DNA of 46,904 nucleotides from Trichomonas gallinae (Eukaryota): NCBI GenBank assembly GCA_008369845.1, contig MRSU01009144.1, positions 1 to 46,904 of the forward strand, read 5' to 3'. Shown piece by piece: positions 32,801 to 42,344 of this stretch (position 1 is its first letter; each line of letters starts with the position of its first letter). The notes under the pieces were generated by a model. It saw only the letters and a program-made list of their open reading frames with translations, ran no database searches and was not told where the DNA came from. The position numbers and the translations under genes were made by a program.

Positions 32801-35800
32801 TTATATCTTTGCATTTTTGAGTTTCTCCATGTCGTTAATGATTAAAGAGACGTCTTGGTGAAGATAAGGCACTGCCATTGATAAGACATTGAACACAGAG
32901 TAAATAGAAGACAGTGAATATGTCAGGCTTGCTTTTGCATCTTTTATCTTCATATCAGGAAGTCCTTCAACAATGCATCTCCTCACTAGATCAAGTGAAT
33001 GATTGATGTGAGATTTTGAGACAGTTGACAAATCAGCAGCTCTAAGAATATGAAGAAGTAAAGCGTCTTGATGTTCATCATTGTCTGATGGATCCCATTC
33101 ACCGCTCTTCAAGAATTCTGTAATTTTAGACATCTCTGTTGCATGTCCTGACATGGAAAACCCAATTACAAATTTGGTGATATAAGAATATATAATTCTT
33201 AGATCATTTTTCGTAATATTTTTAACTACGTCAGAATTTGACAAAATTTTAAAACCTTTGATCAAAGACTTCTTATATGAAGCTGCAGATGAAACTTCTA
33301 ATTCTATCTGAGCATTTGTTTCTGGTTCAATCACTAAGCATTTGAACAGACAGCTCATGTACATAGCAAACTCTTTGCATGGTTTAATGTAATCAATTTT
33401 GGTTCTCGACAAAAAATAATTTGCGCTTTTGAGAGTTTCAATTGATTGCTCGAAACTATGGAAATAAGATTTTGAGCTCGACTCATTTAAAGAAACTAAG
33501 AAAGCATACAAATCAGAACTCGCAATGAAAAACTTTTCCATAACTTTTGATTTCGAGAAAATGTCAAATGCAACTTTGACTAAATTGATTGTATCAAATG
33601 ACGACAAGTCAAATGTTTCTTGTGAACTTGATAACTTTAAACTGAGAGGAATGTCTGACTTGTCTTTTTCTTCATCAGATATGTAATGATTCATGATATG
33701 TTCTTCACTTTGATTTTTCTGTAATTCATCATAATTCAAAAATGGAAAAATCCTTTCTATTGCGAGAGCTAAAACACCAGCCAGTGTTTTTTCTTGGCTC
33801 GCTATATCATCTTGGCATAATATTTCAAGAACACCAACAATTGATTCCTTCATGTATAAAGGAATGTCAATCAAAAAATAATTTACGTTGTCGTCAATAC
33901 CAGGTAAAGCTTCAGCTGAAAATAGTTGAGAAACTTTTATTGACGTTGTTGTTTGTAACTTCGTTATTTTCTTTGCTTCTTGCTTTGACAGCATTTCCAT
34001 AATAGAGTCAAAATCGTTTTCCGTTGATCTTCTCTTTAAAATGCACATTTCTGCGAATCTTGAGCCATAATAATTCGATGGATCTGTTCCGATGTTCATT
34101 CTTTTTCTTGTCATTTTTGTTTCTTCGCTGTGAGTGAAAACAGTAATGCGATGCCATTTTGTTACATTTTGAACAGTCCTCAGTAGATTTAATAAATCTC
34201 CTTCATGTGCTTTTTTGTTTTTAATTGAATCAACGAAATTCATTAAATTATTTGAGAATTTCACTGATTTGTCGATTTTATTGGCATTTGTTAATGCTAT
34301 TCCAATGAAAATCGAAGCTGCTGTGAGAATCTTTTCATCAGTTAAAATGAAATTTCCGCTATTACTTCTATTTAACAGGATTATTGACCCAAGAGTAATA
34401 TTTTCGTTAGGACTAACTATAGGGCATCCTATTAATCCGTGTGGAACAATGTTTTGCGGACAATCAATGTCTGGATCCCAATATTCTGTTTTATTATCTA
34501 TTTTTGAGAGACTTACACGTTTGCTGAGCTGAATAATGTGACCAGAAAGGCCTCTTTCTATGGGAAATTCTTGAAATTCATCATGAATTGTTGTAATTTT
34601 TCCTCTCATTATTCTTTCTCGAGGATCGTAAAGGTAAATCACCACTTTTTCGCAGTCAGCTAGCAATGATAGTATGTTCTGGCTCGTGACAATGAGTTCT
34701 TTCACATTTGTCACACTTGAAATCGTTATTGAAAAATTATATAAATCTTGTAAACGAGAACTAGGAATATTCTTATCTTCATATTCTATATATCCATTAA
34801 TTGCTTTAATAATGAATGGGAATAAAGATTTTGCACTCAATTCATCGATATAATTATATTTTTTATCTCCACCTCTGAAAGCGACAGCCCATTTTTCATT
34901 AGCTGTTATTATATATGGAACTATAAACAAATTTCCTTCGTAAAGTCCATCAACTTCAGCTGAATAATTTGGATTTGTTTCAGGTTGTTCTTCATTGATT
35001 ATTTCATTATTCATAATAGAATATTCAACAATTCCAATCTTTGCTACTGTTACTGGCACTAAAGTTTTAATATTTGGATCATACACATCGATCTTGTTTC
35101 TAATCGCATCAAAATGCCAAATTTCTGCTGTTGATGATTGAAAAATAATTTGTAAGATGTCGCATGGATCTTTGACAGATGATGAAGACGTAAACAAGTT
35201 CATTGAAAATTGTCCAATTGAATTTTCGCTAAAAATTCCGTAAGAATACCTATATAGCTTTTCCATGAAGAATAGAGCTGTTTGTACATCTATATTTGTA
35301 AAAATATTGGCATCTTTTGGTCGAATTATTTGTATTAAACCTCCAAATTTCATTAATGTTTTAATTGGAAACAACAGCTGTATGTCTCCTTGGTTACATA
35401 TGCGAGTATCTGATTGATATCCTTTAGAAAACGGTGAATTTTTGGAAATTTGAATCACGTTATTTGTTAAAATTGCAAATCCGGGGAAAATATCTGTAGA
35501 TGTATACATATTGAGTGTCTTAGAGTATATTTCGGAGCTTTCTGGACAATAAATCCAAAAGTAAACCTTTGAAGCTGAAAATGCAATCTTTAAATAAGCC
35601 TCTATGACAGTAATGAATGGATATAGTTGAGAATCGTATACAATTCTATCGAAAAGTTCGTTCATTTGTATAATTCGTAGATCTGAATCTGTAGATATTT
35701 GAAAATCTCCATGATTTCGATCATTAAGTGGAGTATTCAGCCTCTTGTGTAGGGTGGTCTTAGGCCTCTCAATCACCAATGGTTTAAGATTGGAAACGGG

Positions 35801-35830
35801 TACACTCGCCGATGATCTCTGAGTGTACAT
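32801..35830 (-). CDS. Multi-GAF-domain protein with degenerate cyclic-nucleotide phosphodiesterase domain
   Basis: 1009 aa. GAF motifs (LLFPI..GGLIQII; GLIGCPI..LGSIILLNR..FILTDEKIL; IPLYMKESIVGVLEI) precede a C-terminal PDE-like region YFHSFEQSIETL / MSCLFKCL / ILRAADLS that lacks most metal ligands. Confidence 0.75.
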   Translation of the reverse strand: MYTQRSSASVPVSNLKPLVIERPKTTLHKRLNTPLNDRNHGDFQISTDSDLRIIQMNELFDRIVYDSQLYPFITVIEAYLKIAFSASKVYFWIYCPESSEIYSKTLNMYTSTDIFPGFAILTNNVIQISKNSPFSKGYQSDTRICNQGDIQLLFPIKTLMKFGGLIQIIRPKDANIFTNIDVQTALFFMEKLYRYSYGIFSENSIGQFSMNLFTSSSSVKDPCDILQIIFQSSTAEIWHFDAIRNKIDVYDPNIKTLVPVTVAKIGIVEYSIMNNEIINEEQPETNPNYSAEVDGLYEGNLFIVPYIITANEKWAVAFRGGDKKYNYIDELSAKSLFPFIIKAINGYIEYEDKNIPSSRLQDLYNFSITISSVTNVKELIVTSQNILSLLADCEKVVIYLYDPRERIMRGKITTIHDEFQEFPIERGLSGHIIQLSKRVSLSKIDNKTEYWDPDIDCPQNIVPHGLIGCPIVSPNENITLGSIILLNRSNSGNFILTDEKILTAASIFIGIALTNANKIDKSVKFSNNLMNFVDSIKNKKAHEGDLLNLLRTVQNVTKWHRITVFTHSEETKMTRKRMNIGTDPSNYYGSRFAEMCILKRRSTENDFDSIMEMLSKQEAKKITKLQTTTSIKVSQLFSAEALPGIDDNVNYFLIDIPLYMKESIVGVLEILCQDDIASQEKTLAGVLALAIERIFPFLNYDELQKNQSEEHIMNHYISDEEKDKSDIPLSLKLSSSQETFDLSSFDTINLVKVAFDIFSKSKVMEKFFIASSDLYAFLVSLNESSSKSYFHSFEQSIETLKSANYFLSRTKIDYIKPCKEFAMYMSCLFKCLVIEPETNAQIELEVSSAASYKKSLIKGFKILSNSDVVKNITKNDLRIIYSYITKFVIGFSMSGHATEMSKITEFLKSGEWDPSDNDEHQDALLLHILRAADLSTVSKSHINHSLDLVRRCIVEGLPDMKIKDAKASLTYSLSSIYSVFNVLSMAVPYLHQDVSLIINDMEKLKNAKI

Positions 35831-36261
35831 CCGATTTCTAAAATCTTACAACGAACTTTTAAAATTTGTCACTTTTATAATTTTAATCAAACTTTTTGAT
35901 GATTTTATCATTGATATCAATGTATTATATGATAATTAGCATAAATTTCAAAAATTAGGCTACATTCATCATAGAATTAAAATTGATAACCTAGAAATTT
36001 TGCCCAAAGTTTATATATAGATACAGTATTATATAGAGGATACATACGCAAAGTTCCAGTTTTGAAAATAACTATTACTGATCAGAAAAAATATGCAAAT
36101 GTTGATTCAAAACAGTTTCAATCATATATTCATTATGATATTAAAAAATGTTGCGGTATGTCTTTGGTCCTCCCAGCGGAATATCACCAAATTAAGGCTG
36201 TAGATATATAGGAGACCTTTCAATCAAATCAACTTGATATCAAAAATTTCAGAAATCGATC

Positions 36262-37065
36262 TTAACAAGAAATTAAAATAAAAATATTAGATTGGATTCG
36301 TTTCATTATAGTTTGAATAAAACTGCAGAATTTATTTTGTTTCATGAATCGAGAAGCATGCATTGGTTGCCATATGCAAATCCAAATGAATGTAATATGC
36401 TGCGACCTAAAATTCATCCATGAAACGCACTTGTATATTTGATAAATGCTTGAATTACGCTTAGATTGAAGTCCACATATTGTTGTACCATTAAAGATTG
36501 AAGTTGTATTGATGATGAGAGACTAAGACTTGTAAAAGTTTGTTTTGTTGTTTCAGGACAAACAGCTTGAGTGCCAAAATAAGTAAATGAAACTGTGTTG
36601 CTAAGTGCATTATGTGCGATTGAAATTGCTTCGCAGTCTTTGAAACTGTCTGCAAGAGCAGTACTGGTTTCAAGAAATTCTATTCTGCTAAGTTATGCGC
36701 GTGATTTAAAAGCTTCACATTGAATTGTGCAGCCTGGATTGATTTGCAGATATTCAATGGATGTAGCATAGAAATATTCATTTCCGATTGATTTGACTGT
36801 TTTAGGTATATTTATGGAAGACAATTTTGCACAATTGTTCGCACTTGGGGTATTGCTTTATATTTTAAACTTTTAAAATTACAAAACTCGTAAACAATTG
36901 TGGATATCAGAGGGGCTAAAAATTCTAATTGATTAGGAAATTCAACCGTAATAATATTTTCAAAGCTATTTTATTCATTATTATTTGTGGATTTTTACTA
37001 ATTGAATATTTGATAATCAAATTCAGTGCAATTTGAGAAAGCAAAATATCCAATAGTTTGATATA
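36262..37065 (-). pseudogene. BspA-like (TpLRR/LRR_5) leucine-rich-repeat pseudogene
   Basis: Manual minus-strand translation gives QTIGYFAFSNCTE, NNCAKLSSINIPKTVKSIGNEYFYATSIEYL, CEAFKSRA*LSRIEF (in-frame TAA at 36693-36695) and, after a frameshift, FNGTTICGLQ. Boundaries are approximate. Confidence 0.75.
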
Positions 37066-37944
37066 TAAATTGTATGCAGACTTTTGCAACCTGCAAATTC
37101 TTTATCATAATTTTATTCGACCAAAAAGTTTTGAAAAATGGATTCTGCAAAATTCCAGGATTATTTCCAAATTTGCATCTATAGCTATTTTATTTTTCCA
37201 TTAATAATCATATGCTTTTTATTTATGCATGTTTGGTTATTTATGGTATATATAATACCACGAGTTACTATAGTTGAAATCAACAAAAAAATTTTGACTA
37301 CAAAAAGTTAAAAATTAAAATCAATATATGATTTCAATAGAAGTTTAAAAAAATGATATGTGTAAAACTTAATATTTTTACTAGAATCTGTTGACAACAG
37401 AAGGTCTTGGGTGATCATGGACTCTTTCTGTATTTGGAACAACGCTTTAATACGTTTGATAATCCAGTAAGGCTAACTAATCCTGTTAACAAGCACATAA
37501 ATTGAAGTTGGTTGATTTGTCATCAAATTTGACGATTTTTGACATATTATATATCATTTGTCGCCATATCTCGAAAATGTAATTCTTGGATTCCAATATG
37601 AATCCATTTTTTCCCTAGTAAATTTTACTTTTTCATAATTTATTATTCAGAAAATTGAGATCAGTGAAGTCGCAATTTTCTGTTTATTATGATAATCGTA
37701 CAAAAAGTGATAAATTTTACTAATTAATTTTTATTAGCACATATTTAATTAATAGATATGTTTTTTTCACAAACTATTAAGTAATTCGACCTTTTTTTAT
37801 GACTCAATTTAGTCTATCGTTTACATCTATAGAGTATAATGAACAATAACAATTTTTATGTATTTATGTACGAAAAAGATTGTAGAAAGTCTATTAATAC
37901 TTAGTTGTGGCAATTAAATATTATCAATATGGAAATATTTTTAT

Positions 37945-38940
37945 TTAATAACGTGATCTTTTGACTAATGGCCTGTGAATCCGTCTGAAAGGTATTGAAT
38001 TTCCTTCTGGAGCGTCTGGAAGCTTCTCGCCACCAAATGGATCAGCAGCTGGTTTCTGTTTTTCAGACTCGGTAAGGCATCTAGATTTGTCATCTCCAGA
38101 AAGTTGGTCACATTTTGCGAGATCACTCTGTGATGTCTGGCTTTCTGGGTGTTGCATCCAGTGCTGGTTAATTTGAGACTGCTGATCGAACATTGATCTG
38201 AACATTTCACTAGCTCTCTGAGCTTGGGCTGGATCAACACCTGGTTTATCAGCTATTTCTTGCTTTTCGAAAGCGCATTTCATCATAACAATAAACTCTG
38301 GTGGTACTTGAACAAGGCCAAGAGCACAAGGGGCCAAAGCAATACCAATGGCTTCATAAACTTCCTGCATATTAATCTCCTTATCATCAAGATACTTGAG
38401 CTCATCATTGCATCTAACCTTTAAGAAGTTCGTCTTGATATGAGCAATGATAATCCAATCTTTGGCCATGTTGAATCTAAGATCAACACTCATGTGCTTT
38501 GCAACAATATATTTTTCGTGGAAAATTTCTGATATAGATGGACAAAATGTATATATATACATCTTCAAAAATCCCGTGTTCTTAGTATATGATACTGAGC
38601 AAATGCTATTCATGCACGCACCGTAACGATATGAGTGATATTGAAGATGCTGTCTTACAACACGTAAAAATTCTTCTTTCTTTTCTTGAGATAAGACTGT
38701 TTGATCTTTTGTTATCCAATCAACTGTTTCTTGCATATATTCTGGGAATTGATCAACACCAACATTAACTGTACTGATGACTGAGCAAGAATAGAAGTCC
38801 CAAAATCCTCTACCCTTTCCACCTCCGATGATGGTAGATGCTTTTTGGGTTCTGAAAATGGACAATAAGTTTGCAGCACCTGATACTAAAGAGTTCAGTC
38901 CTGAAACAAAAGTCGAAGCGCCTAGAACAAGAGACGTCAT
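37945..38940 (-). CDS. Uncharacterised family member C
   Basis: 331 aa. Amphipathic N-terminus FVSGLNSLVSGAANLLSIF, then FWDFYSCS, YRYGAC, SVSYTKNTG, KTNFL and EAIGIALAPCALGLVQVPPEFI; basic end RRIHRPLVKRSRY. A TCATT Inr lies at 38954-38958. Confidence 0.85.
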   Translation of the reverse strand: MTSLVLGASTFVSGLNSLVSGAANLLSIFRTQKASTIIGGGKGRGFWDFYSCSVISTVNVGVDQFPEYMQETVDWITKDQTVLSQEKKEEFLRVVRQHLQYHSYRYGACMNSICSVSYTKNTGFLKMYIYTFCPSISEIFHEKYIVAKHMSVDLRFNMAKDWIIIAHIKTNFLKVRCNDELKYLDDKEINMQEVYEAIGIALAPCALGLVQVPPEFIVMMKCAFEKQEIADKPGVDPAQAQRASEMFRSMFDQQSQINQHWMQHPESQTSQSDLAKCDQLSGDDKSRCLTESEKQKPAADPFGGEKLPDAPEGNSIPFRRIHRPLVKRSRY

Positions 38941-39268
38941 GAGCTTAAAAAGAAATGATTATGAAAATTAGGTGACAAATGACATTAAAATTGCTGGCAG
39001 TTTGTCAAATTATTGGCAAAATGAACAATTCTGTTAAGTAATTATAGAATTCATAACGGTTCTAGTAATATTATAAAATCGTAATACATCAACATATTAT
39101 TGTTATCATTATAAATTTGAATTGAATTTATTCGTAAATTAATAACTGTGCATTTTTCATATAAAAAACATCAATAACTGAAAACATCATAATTTCAAGA
39201 ATTCTGTTCATTTGACGTCAAATTCCAAAATTTTGACATTTAGTTGTCATATGTCAATATATTTATAA

Positions 39269-40240
39269 ATGAATTCGCTTACCGTTCTTTCAGGACTTGT
39301 CCAATCACTACAAGGAGCGAAGGACATCCTATACTCATTTAGGAAAAAGCATATGAATTTGAGCATTGCTCAATTCAAGAATTTTTATTCTTCAACAGGA
39401 ACGTCTGATATTCCTATGGGCCCAGAAGATTTTCCACATTATATTCAAGATGAAGTTGGTGAATTTATCAATACATATCCTTTCCTTGATAAACCTCAGA
39501 AAGAGAAAATCATTAAGGATTCTTTGAGACTTCAAAACCAAAGATCCTATCAGAAGGGAGAATGTCTTCATGGTATTTCAGTAGCTGCATACAATAATAA
39601 AACCCAACAAATGAATTTACTGTTGATTACTGTATCTCCTTTTGTTTCGACAGCATGGAATGAATATTTACCTGCCTTAATGTGCAGAAGTACAAGAATT
39701 TCCTTCAATATAAGCATGAATACAAGTTGGCTTGTTTTTAATGCAATCAAAACATACAAGAATGATATTACATCAAATATCGAATATAGCACTGATTCTG
39801 TTACTCCAAAATGCTTAGATAACATCACAGATATGATTGCCTTAGCATTTTCTCCAGGCATTTTAGGAATTCTTCAGTTACCAGAAGAATTCCTGACTCT
39901 ATACCAGCTTGTTCTGAAACAACAAGGTAAACATGTCACAACATTAAACAAAACATTTACCCATGAAGAAGCAATACAAAAACTTGAAGATGTTAAGGAT
40001 ATTAAGCATGTAACAATCTTTGATGTTTTCCCTGAGAAAAAAGATCCAGAGTTGTCAATCAAACCTGAATATCCTCCAATAGACACTGAGCACTTGCCAG
40101 CTGAGCGAATCGAAGTCACAGAAGGTCTTGATGAGGAAGACTTAGCTGATTTGCAAGATAGTCTTAAAGACTTAGAATTTTATCTCACGAAGGGAAAGAA
40201 ACCAAGAAGAAATCATATGTATCGTCATAGACATCATTAA
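39269..40240 (+). CDS. Uncharacterised family member D (Arg/His-rich tail)
   Basis: 323 aa. VLSGLVQSLQGAKDILYSF, FKNFYSST, YQKGEC, AAYNNKTQ, DMIALAFSPGILGILQLPEEFL and GLDEEDL; tail KKPRRNHMYRHRHH. Confidence 0.85.
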   Translation: MNSLTVLSGLVQSLQGAKDILYSFRKKHMNLSIAQFKNFYSSTGTSDIPMGPEDFPHYIQDEVGEFINTYPFLDKPQKEKIIKDSLRLQNQRSYQKGECLHGISVAAYNNKTQQMNLLLITVSPFVSTAWNEYLPALMCRSTRISFNISMNTSWLVFNAIKTYKNDITSNIEYSTDSVTPKCLDNITDMIALAFSPGILGILQLPEEFLTLYQLVLKQQGKHVTTLNKTFTHEEAIQKLEDVKDIKHVTIFDVFPEKKDPELSIKPEYPPIDTEHLPAERIEVTEGLDEEDLADLQDSLKDLEFYLTKGKKPRRNHMYRHRHH

Positions 40241-40472
40241 TTTCATTAATTTTAAAAAGTATTATTATTTTTTAATATGAATTATTATGTTCTATTATTG
40301 CATTAATTAAATTATTATATTGGATGAAAATCCTATTTTAATCAATAAAGATTTCAACTTTATTGCAAAAGGTAGAAAAGATTCTTATGATTATTATGTA
40401 TGGAATTTTTAATATAATCATCATTGAATACAATTAAGTTAAAAACAATGGAATCAGTAAAAATTAATATCT

Positions 40473-40838
40473 TTACCAGAATTTTGGTCCAGAGCGAACT
40501 ACGATGTGTAATTCAAGGATGTCTTTGGAAACAATTCTTAATTCCATGGTTTTAAGTGTAAAAACTGAACCGTGCACTTTGACATGACGATACTTCTCGG
40601 AAGCACCCAAACTGTATTTCGCCCACCGAAAGTAATCTTCAATTGCATCATTTATAGGCATGCCTATTTTTTTAAGTTCTTCCTTAATACGCTGTTCATG
40701 TTGGTCATAGATACGAATTGTGTAGTCAACTATAACTGAAGAATGATCTATTAATGTTTGTTCGTCAAAATTAGACTCGGTCATGACAGGTCTTGGATGG
40801 TGCCTGCTAGAATAGAACAATGCAAATAGAAACAGCAT
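40473..40838 (-). CDS. Small protein with short hydrophobic leader (possibly secreted)
   Basis: 121-aa ORF, MLFLFALF leader, tandem TCATTT Inr-like sites immediately upstream and a TGACA-rich promoter. Confidence 0.7.
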   Translation of the reverse strand: MLFLFALFYSSRHHPRPVMTESNFDEQTLIDHSSVIVDYTIRIYDQHEQRIKEELKKIGMPINDAIEDYFRWAKYSLGASEKYRHVKVHGSVFTLKTMELRIVSKDILELHIVVRSGPKFW

Positions 40839-42289
40839 CGAAAATGAAATGATTCTAAAATGTCAACTTTATGACATAAAATATGTCATTTTGTCAACAA
40901 ATGACGACATATATTGTCAAATTATAATTATAATTATGGTTAGTAGTTAGTTCAATGCATTGAAAAATGATGATAAAGTCATGTCATTTACACTATAGTT
41001 TCTTTTTATTCGATAGTGCTTATTTATAGTGTTAATTACATTTTTCTAATTACGAATATTTCAATATTTGCAATTTTTTATTTTGATTAGCAATTTCAAC
41101 CAACTAACAATTACGAAAATATTGTCCATCTCATTTCCCAAATATGTAAAATCGCCAACCACGTTTTAAAATTAAGTAAAATAGTTGTATATTGAAAATC
41201 ATAACAAAATTAATAATCATAAAAAAGTAATAATTAAACGGTTTTTATTGTTTAAAAAATAACAATTAGTTCATGTTATCAATTTTGAGTACTTTACGAA
41301 AAAAGTTAAAGAAAAAGGTTTTTTAATCGATAGTAAGGTAAAATCAATAAATTATAGGAATCTTCTGTTCTAATAGACTAAAATGGGCAACTTTGGAAAA
41401 ATCGAGAAATTGTTTGCCAAGTAAGGGAATAGCGCGTTATGTAGTGCGTCTACAACCAGAGCGCTAATTTGGGCAGGGAAAAGTTTGTTAGGCATGTATT
41501 TTGTAAACTATTGAAAAAAGTTTTTCGGCAAATATCGTGGTGACTCAAAATACGATTATTTTCAATTCAAAATTTTTAGAAATGAAAATAATCATAAATT
41601 GCATAATTAAAATGCAACATTTTGGGCGCTTTCGCGCCAGTATAAAACCTTGCAAAATTTTAATATTGGTTCGACAATAAAATTTAAACATTGTGTATAT
41701 TTCTCACAATTTATAGCCGAATTTATACTAACCTTATTCAAAATTGAAAGTAAATTCAAATTCAACACATATAGTTATGTTTTACATTAAGCATTCATCT
41801 TGCTATATAGATAACCCAAATTCTACTATATATACATATTCTATTAATTTTAATACAATACCTAATTCAGTCAATTGTTGTTTTACGATGCATGATAATT
41901 AAATGTAATCAAATTAATAATCAAATAGCTTGCCGATGTACTAATAATTCTCTAAAATTTTTATATCATGTTTGGATGTATTAAGTTCCAATTATCAGTA
42001 CTAAAAAATGTCTTTTTTTCCTTTCTTTGTAATGTATAATTAAATTTTTAGATGTAAGAAAAATATAATTCCACTTCGGTGCAATTTTTGTCGATTATGA
42101 AATTCCAAACATTTGGTAGTTTTGGAAGTTGAGTAAAAAAAAGCTTGGAAATATGATAAAAAAGCTTGGTAGTCGTCGGTTGTTCCGCATCACCACCAAA
42201 CTATCACCACATCATTGGGGCATCATGACATTGAAATATATGACACTTTACATGTCAGTTTCAGTATAACTGACATTTTATTTACAAAA

Positions 42290-42344
42290 TGACAACGTAA
42301 AATCCGAGATAAAAGTGACAACGTAAATCTCTAGATAAAATGAC
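42290..42344 (+). repeat. ~26-bp tandem duplication abutting the actin-like start codon
   Basis: TGACAACGTAAAATCCGAGATAAAAG (42290-42315), then TGACAACGTAAATCTCTAGATAAAA (42316-42340), then TGAC overlapping the ATG. Confidence 0.75.
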
